DNA of 58,866 nt from Candidatus Gottesmanbacteria bacterium (GCA_016218215.1 JACREM010000069.1:1-58866); one strand, 5' to 3'. Positions 40,468 through 50,302 are shown, counted from the stretch's first letter. The notes: generated by a model from the letters alone, not told the origin. Numbers and translations: made by a program.

Positions 40468-41136
40468 ATGAAACGACCCCTTATCGTCGGAAATTGGAAG
40501 AGCAATAAGACGAGCACAGAGATGCTGTCTTGGATTGATGAAGCAGTGAAACAAAAAGAATTCATCAATATATTTCCGGGACAAATGATCATCTGTCCGC
40601 CATTTCCGTATCTTGATCTATTCTCAAGAGAGATATTGAAGCATAAACTCCGTATCGGTATCGGGGCACAGGATATTTCTCCGTTTGAACTTGGTGCTTT
40701 TACCGGTGAGGTCGCGGCTGAGCACGTAAAAGAATATGCATCATTTGTGATCATAGGTCATACTGAACGGAGAAAATATTTTTTGGAGTCAGATGAATTG
40801 CTTTCAAAGAAAGTTGCGCAGGCAAAACGTGTGGGTCTAAGCGTGATCTACTGTGTAAATGATGAAGATATGTTTATACCAGATGGTGTTGATGTTTTTT
40901 CGTACGAACAGACGTGGGCGATAGGATCCGGTAAGCCTGATACGCCGGAACACGCAGCTCTTGTGATCGAAAATTTGAAAAAATTGCATCCAACAGTACT
41001 GTCTCTTTATGGCGGGAGCGTGACAAAAGATAATGTCTCCTCGTATATGTCAGAAAATTGTATAGATGGAGTGCTATTGGGCGGTGCGAGCTTGAAATTT
41101 GATTCGTTTTTTTCACTTCTCCAAGCGCTCTCATAA
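40468..41136 (+). CDS. tpiA: Triosephosphate isomerase
   Basis: 'VGNWK', 'GAFTGE', 'GHTERR', 'YEQTWAIG', 'YGGSV', 'GGASL'. Confidence 0.93.
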   Translation: MKRPLIVGNWKSNKTSTEMLSWIDEAVKQKEFINIFPGQMIICPPFPYLDLFSREILKHKLRIGIGAQDISPFELGAFTGEVAAEHVKEYASFVIIGHTERRKYFLESDELLSKKVAQAKRVGLSVIYCVNDEDMFIPDGVDVFSYEQTWAIGSGKPDTPEHAALVIENLKKLHPTVLSLYGGSVTKDNVSSYMSENCIDGVLLGGASLKFDSFFSLLQALS

Positions 41137-41151
41137 GAGTATAATCCCACT

Positions 41152-42174
41152 ATGAGAAAAAAATGGCTAGAGCGACCGTGGGGTTTTCTGACTACTTTTG
41201 CCTCACTTCTCCTTTTCGTCTGTGCCATTGTTGCTATACGCGATGTTTACGCGCTGCTCTCTCTAACTCATGTAACTATTCCTGATATGTATGCCATCGT
41301 TACATCTAAAGGAGATTCGTTGAAACAGGAAAATGGACGAACGAATATACTTCTATTGGGCTCCGGCGGCGGGACGCATGAAGGAAGCGATCTCACTGAT
41401 ACGATCATCATATTTTCTTATTCTTATGCATCAAAGTCAGCATCTCTAATCTCTGTGCCTCGCGATATCTGGTCTGAGACTTTGAAAGACAAGATAAATT
41501 CGGCATTTCATTATGGGGAAGAGAAAGCGAAAGGGGGAGGGTATGCTATGGCGCGAGCGATAGTAAGCGAAGTTACCGGCATACCGCTGCACTATTCCGT
41601 ATCTATGGAATTTTTTGGTTTTAAAACAGTGATAAATACTGTTGGGGGTATTGATGTTTTAGTATCTCAAGGGTTTACTGACTCAGAATATCCTATTGAA
41701 GGAAAAGAAAATGATGCGTGCAATGGCGATCCGCTGTATAGGTGTCGGTATATGACTGTTGTGTTTATAAAAGGAAGGGAACACATGAATGGCGATAGAG
41801 CGCTTGCATACGTAAGAAGTCGGCATGCAGATGGGGTAGAGGGCACTGACTTTGCACGGAGTAAACGCCAACAGGAAGTGCTCTCTGCGTTGAAGTCAAA
41901 GTTTTTTGATCCTCAGGTTTGGTATTCTCTCGAGTCTATAAAAAATGTCTATACATCTCTTGATACTGCGGTAAATACTGACATGGCCATGAAAGAAATC
42001 GGGATACTTGGGAAACTTTTTTGGTTGTCAGAACGGGAATCTATTGCAAAAATCAGTTTTGAAGATTTACTTATGAGTCCTTCGGAGGATCTCTATGAAG
42101 GAAGATATGTGCTATTGCCGCAAAGCGGAACGTTCGATGCAATCCATACGTATCTCAAGCAAAAACTCCAGTAA
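41152..42174 (+). CDS. LCP (LytR-CpsA-Psr) family protein
   Basis: 'TNILLLG', 'LTDTI', 'SVPRD', 'KINSA', 'YVRSRH', 'DFARSKRQQ'. Confidence 0.92.
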   Translation: MRKKWLERPWGFLTTFASLLLFVCAIVAIRDVYALLSLTHVTIPDMYAIVTSKGDSLKQENGRTNILLLGSGGGTHEGSDLTDTIIIFSYSYASKSASLISVPRDIWSETLKDKINSAFHYGEEKAKGGGYAMARAIVSEVTGIPLHYSVSMEFFGFKTVINTVGGIDVLVSQGFTDSEYPIEGKENDACNGDPLYRCRYMTVVFIKGREHMNGDRALAYVRSRHADGVEGTDFARSKRQQEVLSALKSKFFDPQVWYSLESIKNVYTSLDTAVNTDMAMKEIGILGKLFWLSERESIAKISFEDLLMSPSEDLYEGRYVLLPQSGTFDAIHTYLKQKLQ

Positions 42175-42178
42175 TTTT

Positions 42179-42964
42179 TTACCAGACAAGGCCGATGAGA
42201 AGAAGCAGGAGTCCGCTTCCGACAACTGACGCTCCAAGCACTGCGCCAGTACCCGAGACTGGGATTTTTGGTACCGGCGCTTCCGTCGGTGTGACACAGA
42301 GACAATTTGTACTCGTGGGACAACTCGGGTTTCGACAGACTCCATTGGAACATAACATGCCCGAAGTACAATCTGTTGAAGTCGAACATGTCGTGCCGCA
42401 GTATGGAGCAGGGGTCGGTGTTGGGCCGGTTCCTATAGGAATAGAAACCTTACAGACATCAGGAGTGGTGGAGTAGGTTCCATTGTTATCCCGGACCCTA
42501 CACGACGCGCCAAATGTGCCGCCTCTGGTAAATGTGTAGGTCGACGAAATCGATCCAGGGCTCCCTACATCTTTTTCGACAACCTTTGTATTGCCATCTC
42601 CAAAGCTAAATTCTGCCGCGAGGATTTTTCCGTCCGAGTCACGACCCGTACACGTAAATTCAACGGTCAGAGGAGAACTTGAGCCTGAATTTGGGTTTGC
42701 GGTGAGTTTTGTACATTCCGGGACGTTGTTTGATCCTCCTGGTGTAGGCGTTGGTGTTGGTGTAGCGGTCGGTGTAGGGGTAGGGCCAAGAGCAAACGTA
42801 AGCGTACATGCGGGCTCAGCGGCTTTTGGGGTAATCTGCGGTACCGTCGGAGCCACAGAATTTTTCTGTTCAAGTTTTTGTGTAGTAAGAAATATAACAG
42901 CCCCCATGCCCGCGACAAAAAGGAGAGTGAATAATATATTGAGTATTTTTTTTAGTTTTTGCAT
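42179..42964 (-). CDS. Surface protein: N-terminal TM, PKD-like domain, Cys-rich module, IPVSG+TM tail
   Basis: 'FSFGDG...TYT..GTF' PKD pattern; 'CGTTCSTSTDC..GMLCSNGVCRNPSC..STNCLC'. Confidence 0.75.
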   Translation of the reverse strand: MQKLKKILNILFTLLFVAGMGAVIFLTTQKLEQKNSVAPTVPQITPKAAEPACTLTFALGPTPTPTATPTPTPTPGGSNNVPECTKLTANPNSGSSSPLTVEFTCTGRDSDGKILAAEFSFGDGNTKVVEKDVGSPGSISSTYTFTRGGTFGASCRVRDNNGTYSTTPDVCKVSIPIGTGPTPTPAPYCGTTCSTSTDCTSGMLCSNGVCRNPSCPTSTNCLCVTPTEAPVPKIPVSGTGAVLGASVVGSGLLLLLIGLVW

Positions 42965-42968
42965 ATGT

Positions 42969-44510
42969 TTATTTCCACGCTCCGTTTACGAGCACTTCTG
43001 CCTCTATTGAGAAATTCGTCGTTCCGGCTGGGATGGTAAATGCGACGGTGTATTCATTCTGTGCGTTTAACGTCGATGACTCGTTCCAGCTGCCGCCATT
43101 CACTCTAATTCTACCCTTTGACGCATTGGTTCCGGCAACTGCCAATACGACTGCGTCTCCGGCTTTCAGCGTCGCGGGATCCACTGCCACAGTATCTTTA
43201 TACACTTTTATTCTTGTACATTGTCCGCCGGGTGGAAGTGTTCCAGTTCCAGGAGGTGGCGTTCCGGTTCCGCCAGGAGGTGGCGTGCCGGTCCAGCCGG
43301 GAGGAATGGTGACAGGAGGTGTGATTTTCGGCGGCGGCGTTATTGTAATGCCACATTTTTTCTCAAAATCTTTCCAATCATTGCTCGTTGTTGAATCTGT
43401 CCAGCCTTCTGCTTTCCAGTAGCCACCTCCGCATCCTTCAATCCATGTACATTTTGAAATAAATGGATCTGGGATACACTTATACAAATCTGTTCCACCA
43501 TGATCTCCGGGAGTACAGGAATCAACACCAGTTTTCGGCGGACAACAAGCATCTGTTTTATTTGCCCTAGGCCATGAGCAAACCGGGATAGTGCATGTTG
43601 CCGTAAGATCTGGTTGCCACCCCTTGTCTCCCTGACAGATATATCGAGTGGATGTCTGACCATCTAAACATTCTGCGTTCTGTACTGCACCAACAGGCAA
43701 ACATGGTTGCCACGCTATAATTTTTCCAGGAGTAGGTGGAGGAGGAGTCGCTTTGAACAAATTATCGCAAATGGCTTTACCATAGAGCAATAGACAATCA
43801 GAGTATTGTTTTTCTATGGTTATGATCGGAGTTGTCGGGTTATTACATGCTCTGACGCAGCGAGGGTCTCCTTGGCAAAGCGTCGCGCATTGTCCGCTTG
43901 AAATTGATGGTGAAGGAAATATACTTATCGTTGAACACAAGCTTGTACAATATCCTCCATCATGGCCAGTTTTGAAACAATCATTCATGCATGAGGCGCT
44001 TGTTGTTGGACTTGGAATAATAAGTGTCGGAACTGTACCACATTCGACGCGGCATTCGCTTGGACTATCTCCACGCTTTCGGCAATCATTCATACAATTT
44101 TCTATTGCCTGAGGATTTGGGCTAATTGAGTAGTTTGGGTTCGTATTTCCAGCAGCTTTACTTCTAACATCAGTCGTTTGTTTTTTCTGGTTCATGAAAC
44201 TTACCACTAACGGGAGGGATAATAGTAAAACAAGAATTCCTGCTATTAGAACACTTACCCCTCTGGATTTTTTGGGTGACTTTGGCGGTGGCGTGACATC
44301 CGTTTTTTTTACGAGTACAGCCATAGGTACCGGTGTACCATCAGAAACCGGCGGCTGAGCTGAGCCAATAGGGAGAATAGTTTTTGAAGGTTCCGCGTTT
44401 GAAGCCGTTGGTTGATTTTGTTCGTTTAATATAGAAGCGATAAGATCTGCTCCTGGGTCATCAGCAGGTTGGTTTTGTGTTTCGGTATTTGGTTTTATCG
44501 GATCTGACAT
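42969..44510 (-). CDS. Cys/Pro-rich surface protein
   Basis: TM followed by 'TTDVRSKAA'; repeated Cx3C..Cx3C units; PPPG repeats; start re-called at 44510. Confidence 0.75.
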   Translation of the reverse strand: MSDPIKPNTETQNQPADDPGADLIASILNEQNQPTASNAEPSKTILPIGSAQPPVSDGTPVPMAVLVKKTDVTPPPKSPKKSRGVSVLIAGILVLLLSLPLVVSFMNQKKQTTDVRSKAAGNTNPNYSISPNPQAIENCMNDCRKRGDSPSECRVECGTVPTLIIPSPTTSASCMNDCFKTGHDGGYCTSLCSTISIFPSPSISSGQCATLCQGDPRCVRACNNPTTPIITIEKQYSDCLLLYGKAICDNLFKATPPPPTPGKIIAWQPCLPVGAVQNAECLDGQTSTRYICQGDKGWQPDLTATCTIPVCSWPRANKTDACCPPKTGVDSCTPGDHGGTDLYKCIPDPFISKCTWIEGCGGGYWKAEGWTDSTTSNDWKDFEKKCGITITPPPKITPPVTIPPGWTGTPPPGGTGTPPPGTGTLPPGGQCTRIKVYKDTVAVDPATLKAGDAVVLAVAGTNASKGRIRVNGGSWNESSTLNAQNEYTVAFTIPAGTTNFSIEAEVLVNGAWK

Positions 44511-44580
44511 ACAACAATTCGGCCACAATAAGCCTTATATATAGACTATGGTTTCGTGAGTCTTAAAGTCAAGCACTGTA

Positions 44581-45876
44581 CTATTCCTTTAGTACCGAAA
44601 GACTTATCGAACCCGTCAAAAATAATCCGATTCCAAGAAAGATAAATAGGATGGTTGGAGAAGTAGATCCGCTTGTAGGCAGAGGCTTTGTTGTTGGGAT
44701 AGCTGTGGCTGTAGCAATTGGTGTTGGTTCTAGAGTTGCTGATGGCGTTGCATCTCCGAGTACCTGTGTCCCGCTTTTTAGAACCGTAAATGAGTGAGTC
44801 AGGGCAACAGGAGTGCCTTTGTCGTTTGTTGATGTAATAGTGACACTCTGTTTTCCTGGGGCAAGGGCTTCCCGAGATGAATACTTCCAGAGGCCATCAG
44901 CACCGACGGAAGTAGTATCGGAGAATGGTGAGGTAAGTCCCAGGGTAACTGCGACTGTTTTTCCTGGTACCCCTGTCCCTGCAATGAGCGGAAATTGGGT
45001 TGCCAGAGACGCACTTTCCTGTGGCGAGGTGAGAGAGACTGTAAATGGTCCGGCTGCAGGCAATACAGCTTGAGCTCCCAATACCGACGCGTTTGTATCT
45101 ACTGGTTTTGCATTTTGGGCAAGTTGTTGAGCAACCTTATTTGCCTGTTGGCGTCTAAAGTCGTACGATTTTCCAAGTGTCATGGTGGGCACTGGTGAGT
45201 CATTGAGCGTATCGGTTATAGCACTTGATTCCAGGTCAGATTCTCCGCGTATGAGGATATTTTCCGTTATTCGCTCTTCAAGCGGAATATATTGACTCAG
45301 ATCTTCCGTTCGTACAAAACTTAACGGCAAGAGCCACGTGCCGGAAGGTTTTGAAAGAGTGGAGAGTGTTTGTCCTGAGTCGAGAGTCAGATATACGATC
45401 GCTCCGTTTATGGGTTGGTTATTTTCATCGACAATTGTACCGTAAGAAGGTTCAAAATTTGGCGCTTGTGCCGTAAGCTCTGGTGCTGTTTTTATTTTCA
45501 GTGGTTTGTCGTTTTTTGGAAATGACGATCCGTTTGAAAGTATCGTCAGTGTGTATGTAAAGCTCGGCGAGAGACCATGAATAGGAACACTGTGGGATGT
45601 ATATTTTTTTAGTTTTCCGTCGCTGTCTCTTTCATCTTGTGCAAACTGTTTTGGCTGCTGTATTGTCACGGCGCCGGTGGTTGGGATGTTCGTCGTCCAG
45701 GTAATAGTGACACTGGTATCCGTAATGTTTGTCACTTGAATATTTGAAGGCTGTATGGATACTGATGCCTGAGTGTTTAGGCGAGTAGCGGTTTCAACAA
45801 GAGCAATACTTCCCCCAATGCCGAAAATGAGGAGCAATAATCCGAGTAGTGTTGGTATTTTATTTGGCAGGTGCAT
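44581..45876 (-). CDS. Surface protein: FN3-like + carboxypeptidase-regulatory-like + Ig-like domains, LPTSG+TM tail
   Basis: 'VTNITDTSVTITW.T', 'H.V.I.GL.P...Y', 'GAIVY', 'ADGLW.Y......L..G'; start may be 45885. Confidence 0.75.
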   Translation of the reverse strand: MHLPNKIPTLLGLLLLIFGIGGSIALVETATRLNTQASVSIQPSNIQVTNITDTSVTITWTTNIPTTGAVTIQQPKQFAQDERDSDGKLKKYTSHSVPIHGLSPSFTYTLTILSNGSSFPKNDKPLKIKTAPELTAQAPNFEPSYGTIVDENNQPINGAIVYLTLDSGQTLSTLSKPSGTWLLPLSFVRTEDLSQYIPLEERITENILIRGESDLESSAITDTLNDSPVPTMTLGKSYDFRRQQANKVAQQLAQNAKPVDTNASVLGAQAVLPAAGPFTVSLTSPQESASLATQFPLIAGTGVPGKTVAVTLGLTSPFSDTTSVGADGLWKYSSREALAPGKQSVTITSTNDKGTPVALTHSFTVLKSGTQVLGDATPSATLEPTPIATATAIPTTKPLPTSGSTSPTILFIFLGIGLFLTGSISLSVLKE

Positions 45877-45892
45877 ACTATGCATTCAAGTT

Positions 45893-46093
45893 TCAATAGG
45901 GCCGATCTTTAATTTTTGACAGTGTTTGTGTGTCAAATTTTGAAGTGATCGGTGTAATGACAAACTGTTCTGTTGTTGAAATGACTGCTGTTTTTGTGGT
46001 TTTGACCAGTTCAAAGAAAATCCACAAAGAGACCGTAAGAAAGGTAAAAACTGATACCAAAAGCATGTCTCTGTCTGTGGTGTCGCGGTTCAT
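45893..46093 (-). CDS. Small single-TM protein in the pilN/pilO operon
   Basis: 66 aa; tightly coupled to both neighbours. Confidence 0.65.
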   Translation of the reverse strand: MNRDTTDRDMLLVSVFTFLTVSLWIFFELVKTTKTAVISTTEQFVITPITSKFDTQTLSKIKDRPY

Positions 46094-46096
46094 ATA

Positions 46097-46777
46097 TTAT
46101 TGCGATAGATAGTATGATTTTAATTTTAGAACAAGTCGGATAAGACTACTAGAGGAGCTTGCAGAAAGTCCCTCTTTTTGCGGCGTCATGGCAAGTGTGT
46201 CTATGGTCATAAGACGTCTGTATTCCCGGCTTTTTTCTAAAAATGTTTTGACCTGAGGATACTGTCCGTTGACTGAGAGCGAAAGGTTAAATTCTAATAA
46301 TTTTTTCTCCTTATTTGTATTTTTTTGCACTATGGTGCCCGGCAAACTAGCTTCTGCAGTATACAGCGGGACTTCCGGAATTTGGACAGAAGCAATTTGT
46401 ACACCTGACTGGCTCGCAATATTTTTGAGTGCAGATACCAGGTCGACCACATTTGTCGTTCTCGGAATAGCCTGGTATAAGACCGGAATGTCTTTTTGAA
46501 TTTTTTGATACGCGGCCTGTGCTTCTATAAGCGAGGTGATTTTCTGATCCATTTTTTTGTTGATATCAGTTTTATCTTTTATCTCACGTTTCAGATAAAG
46601 AATTGTTTGAAGGGTCGGCCGTATGGCATACCAGCCAAACAGTGAGATGGCAAGAAACGAGAAGATCGTTGTGGAGTAGATGATTGTTTTTGGCTTTTGC
46701 GAAGCCTCTTCTATTGCTTTTACATATCTGCCAAAGGGCTTTTCGACTGTAGCTGGTGTTGGTTTTAGAGCATCCAT
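46097..46777 (-). CDS. Type IV pilus alignment protein PilO-like
   Basis: TM + coiled coil + 'AIP', 'A.QSGV.I', 'V.GQY..VK.FL.......RL..I'. Confidence 0.75.
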   Translation of the reverse strand: MDALKPTPATVEKPFGRYVKAIEEASQKPKTIIYSTTIFSFLAISLFGWYAIRPTLQTILYLKREIKDKTDINKKMDQKITSLIEAQAAYQKIQKDIPVLYQAIPRTTNVVDLVSALKNIASQSGVQIASVQIPEVPLYTAEASLPGTIVQKNTNKEKKLLEFNLSLSVNGQYPQVKTFLEKSREYRRLMTIDTLAMTPQKEGLSASSSSSLIRLVLKLKSYYLSQ

Positions 46778-46778
46778 A

Positions 46779-47327
46779 TTATTTTTTAGGCTGAACTATC
46801 TGAGCTGAGATTAAAAAATCTATGCCAAAGGGTGGTTTCTTTTTTATATCTCCAATTTCGACCTGCGTGAGGTTTTTCCCGGATTTTATATTTGTCAAAA
46901 ATTGTGCAAACCCTTGTGTCGTTCCTGCGTTGGCGCGAAGCGACATTTTTTCGCGGTTGAGTTCAATTGAGAGAAGGAATACATCAGGGGGAAGAAGGGT
47001 GTAGAGCGATGAGAGAATTTCTACCGGCTTTTCCTGCTCTGTCAGTATTGTTTTTGTTTTAAGAAGTTGGTTTTGCGTATTTTTTATGTCGCTCTCAAGC
47101 GCGGTGTTTGCAAGTAATATCTGTTGTTTTTGGCCAATCTCTTCTTTGAGATCAGTAAGTTTTCTATCAAGACTAAAGCGCGAAATAAATGCCAAGAGAA
47201 CAACGATTTCAGTGCCGATCATGATATATCTTCCATAGGTGAGTGCCCAATTGGTAATACGGTCAATAGGGGACTCGGTTAGGTCATGAGTGAGAAGATT
47301 TATATTTGAAGATGGAGTCGATGGCAT
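46779..47327 (-). CDS. Type IV pilus alignment protein PilN-like
   Basis: 'INLL' N-terminal motif, TM, coiled coil, 'LP.DV.L.SI'. Confidence 0.75.
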   Translation of the reverse strand: MPSTPSSNINLLTHDLTESPIDRITNWALTYGRYIMIGTEIVVLLAFISRFSLDRKLTDLKEEIGQKQQILLANTALESDIKNTQNQLLKTKTILTEQEKPVEILSSLYTLLPPDVFLLSIELNREKMSLRANAGTTQGFAQFLTNIKSGKNLTQVEIGDIKKKPPFGIDFLISAQIVQPKK

Positions 47328-47387
47328 ACTCTTATCAGTATAGCAATCGCGACACGGGAGGGAAAGGAGGCGTACGACGGATGCCGT

Positions 47388-47624
47388 TTATTTCTTCAGA
47401 AGCTTAGAAAGTCGAGATTTAAGCCTTGCAGCTTTGTTTTTATGTATGACGTGAAGTTTTGCTGCCTTGTCCAGAGCCTGGAATACGATATTTAACGTTT
47501 TTTTACTTGGAGATTTTCTGTGATCCTTGATAAGGCTTCGTACGTGCGTGCGAACAGCCATGGTTTGCTTGGTGCGTTTCTTGTCGTGTCGTAATTTTTT
47601 ACTCGCCTGTTTTGTGATTGGCAT
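47388..47624 (-). CDS. rpsT: 30S ribosomal protein S20
   Basis: 'LDKAAK..VIHKNKAARLKSRL'. Confidence 0.95.
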   Translation of the reverse strand: MPITKQASKKLRHDKKRTKQTMAVRTHVRSLIKDHRKSPSKKTLNIVFQALDKAAKLHVIHKNKAARLKSRLSKLLKK

Positions 47625-47684
47625 AAGAAGCTAAGTATATCATAGATCTGTCTTTTTAGTGAATAAGCTTGGTATAATGCCTAT

Positions 47685-49334
47685 ATGAAGCAGATTTTTT
47701 CGTTTTTTTCGCGTAAGCAAGCGACTATCGGATCTGCTGCATTTGTCCTCATGTCGATGGTGCTTGCTTCCCGCGTGCTTGGACTTTTTCGCGACAGGCT
47801 TCTCGCATCGTATTTTTCCCCGGATGAACTCGGCGTGTACTTTGCCGCGTTTCGCGTTCCAAATATGATATTCGAACTTTTGGTTATGGGCGCCCTCACG
47901 AGTGCCTTTATCCCTGTATTTACGAAATATAAGTCCGAACACGGTGAGTCTGGTGCGTGGCATATGACCAGTTCTCTTATAAATGTAAGTCTCGTTGCAT
48001 TTGCATTGTTCGCCCTACCGTTTTTTTTGTGGACCCGCGAAATATCTCGGTTTTTGGCTCCCGGATTTTCCCCGGTCGAACTAGAACAAATGGTGGTATT
48101 TACTCGTTTTATGATGGTAGGACAGGTCATTCCACTACTGATCGGAAATTTTTTTACCGGCATACTTCAGTCGTATAATTTGTTCCTTATTCCGGCTATC
48201 GCTCCTGTTGTCTACAACATCGGTATTATTATCGGGACAATCATACTGTATCCGGCATTTGGACTCTTTGCTCCGGTTTACGGTGTGGGAATCGGAGCAC
48301 TTTTTTTTATGCTCATCCAGATTCCACTGCTTTTTAGCATTGGGTTTCGCTATAAAGCAGTGCTTGATGTCAAAAATCATGGGGTACGCGAGGTTGGCAG
48401 ACTTATGGCTCCGCGAACGCTCGGGCTTGCGATATCTCAGATTGATACAACAGTCGATTTGATGCTCGCGTCGATCCTCGGAGCAAAAATGGTGACCGTG
48501 TTTAACTTTGCACAACACCTGCAACAACTTCCGATCGGACTTTTTGGTGCGACCATTGCACAGGCCGCCCTGCCTTCACTTTCTCAATCTTCTGTAAATG
48601 AAAATAAAGAGCAGTTTCGACAAGCGATCATAAGTTCCTTGCATCAGGTATTTTTCTTCGTATTTCCATCGACTGTTTTTTTTATTGTCCTTCGGATTCC
48701 CATTGTCCGACTGGTATTTGGTGCGTCTAGGTTCGACTGGGAAGCAACGAGTCTTACCGGTCTGACGCTTGCTGCATTTAGTGTTTCGCTTTTTGCCCAA
48801 GCAGCGGTACACGTGCTCGCTCGAGGATTTTATGCGCTGTACGATACGAAGACGCCGGTCGTTATTGGGGTGATCTGTATAGTGGTAAATTCACTATTGA
48901 GTTTATATTTTATACAATTTTTGGGGTATCCGGTTTGGTCGCTTGGGGTCTCTACGTCTGTTGCAAGTATCATCAATGGTATACTTTTGTTTTGGTATCT
49001 GAATAAGAAACTTACTGGCATTTCAACGTTTGAGTTTTATACGCCAACGATAAAAATGTTTATAGTATCAGTTATTACTGGTGTTATGCTTTATATCCCG
49101 CTAAAACTTCTTGATCAACTCGTTTTTGATACAACTCGTGCATTTCCCTTGTTCTTTCTGACGGGCGTGGTCGGCGGCATTGGGACGCTTACATATATAT
49201 TTCTCTCCTGGGTTTTTGGTATAACCCAGGTGCAATCGGTATTTGCGTTTATTCAACGCATGAAGAAACCGCTTGTATTTTTAGAACCAGCAAGCGAAGC
49301 AGTTGACGCCGGGATTCAGGATACGATTTCGTAA
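47685..49334 (+). CDS. murJ: Lipid II flippase MurJ
   Basis: 'SRVLGLFRD', 'AAFRVPN', 'GALTSAFIPVF', 'RGFYAL.DTKTPV'. Confidence 0.93.
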   Translation: MKQIFSFFSRKQATIGSAAFVLMSMVLASRVLGLFRDRLLASYFSPDELGVYFAAFRVPNMIFELLVMGALTSAFIPVFTKYKSEHGESGAWHMTSSLINVSLVAFALFALPFFLWTREISRFLAPGFSPVELEQMVVFTRFMMVGQVIPLLIGNFFTGILQSYNLFLIPAIAPVVYNIGIIIGTIILYPAFGLFAPVYGVGIGALFFMLIQIPLLFSIGFRYKAVLDVKNHGVREVGRLMAPRTLGLAISQIDTTVDLMLASILGAKMVTVFNFAQHLQQLPIGLFGATIAQAALPSLSQSSVNENKEQFRQAIISSLHQVFFFVFPSTVFFIVLRIPIVRLVFGASRFDWEATSLTGLTLAAFSVSLFAQAAVHVLARGFYALYDTKTPVVIGVICIVVNSLLSLYFIQFLGYPVWSLGVSTSVASIINGILLFWYLNKKLTGISTFEFYTPTIKMFIVSVITGVMLYIPLKLLDQLVFDTTRAFPLFFLTGVVGGIGTLTYIFLSWVFGITQVQSVFAFIQRMKKPLVFLEPASEAVDAGIQDTIS

Positions 49335-49345
49335 AACGAGATCGG

Positions 49346-49909
49346 TTACTTCTTGAGGAATGGAAAGAGTTTTGAGACGAATCTCCACATGGCTTCAATT
49401 GGAGATTCATTTTCTATCGTGAGTGCTAACGGTTTTGGTATAGAAGAAAGGAGGTCTAACCCTTTAAAATCGATGACGCCGGTTTTGGACGTGTCCCCCG
49501 CGGCGTAGTCGAATCGTATCATTGTTTTCCCTTTTTTAAGAGGTGAAAATGTTATTTTACCAAACACTCCTGTCGCCGGAATCGGTGAATTAAAACCGGT
49601 TGATCCCGAAAGTGTAATTTTCCCTTTATCGTTATTTACGCGTGCGTCTTTCGAAGGAGTATAGGTCGGATACAAAGATCCTTGTGCTACCGTGACTGCA
49701 CGAAGCATGGTGTGGTCATAGAGAATAATAGTGTCTGTGCCGAGTGTCTGTTCTCCGCCAGACAAAACTACTCCGATTGTATATGGTGCGTGTACGATTG
49801 CTTTTGGTTCCCCGAGGAGAGTCAGGCTTGCTGCTTCGACTGTCCTTGGATGTGCGAGCAGGAAGAGAAAGAAAATGTTTATGGAAATAAATAACAGTAA
49901 TTTTTTCAT
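49346..49909 (-). CDS. Secreted cohesin-domain-like protein
   Basis: Signal peptide ending VEA; 'GTDTII.YD...L....V..GSLYP', 'G.FG.ITF...KKG.T.I.F'. Confidence 0.65.
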   Translation of the reverse strand: MKKLLLFISINIFFLFLLAHPRTVEAASLTLLGEPKAIVHAPYTIGVVLSGGEQTLGTDTIILYDHTMLRAVTVAQGSLYPTYTPSKDARVNNDKGKITLSGSTGFNSPIPATGVFGKITFSPLKKGKTMIRFDYAAGDTSKTGVIDFKGLDLLSSIPKPLALTIENESPIEAMWRFVSKLFPFLKK

Positions 49910-49930
49910 AGGCAAAGCATGGTGGGCGTG

Positions 49931-50230
49931 TTATCTCGGCGCGTCAGCGCGTGTTGGTGTGTTTATATATGTTGGTGGGCCAATCATTCCTTCACCATAT
50001 CGTTCGAATATAGACACCGGAACAGATGATACCGGTTGAGTCTCTCCTCTTTTATTAAAATTGGAAAGCATGAGTGCGAGGTCACGCGTATTGACGACGC
50101 CATCTCGATTGAGGTCCCCTGATCCTGCTGGTTGCTTTCTTATGTCTGAAAAACCTTCAGTTCCTTTTTCGCTTGCTCCAGACCACTGGGTATATAATAC
50201 GCTGACATCGAAGGAATTAATTTTTTCATT
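49931..50230 (-). pseudogene. 5'-truncated dockerin-domain gene remnant (absent from the ORF track)
   Basis: Open frame NEKINSFDVSVLYTQW...GDLNRDGVVNTRDLALMLSNF...APR*, bounded upstream by in-frame TAG; first in-frame ATG is at codon 54, after the dockerin loops. Confidence 0.7.
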
Positions 50231-50302
50231 CTATTTTAAGATTAAAGAGTCATGAAAAGTGTTGTCAAGGCGTAATCGTGAAATGTGTATGAAATCGTAC
50301 GG

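Noticed and set aside
40450..40584. N-terminal extension of pcrA given in the track
   Set aside because: It overlaps tpiA; helicase homology starts at MASILLQGLN.
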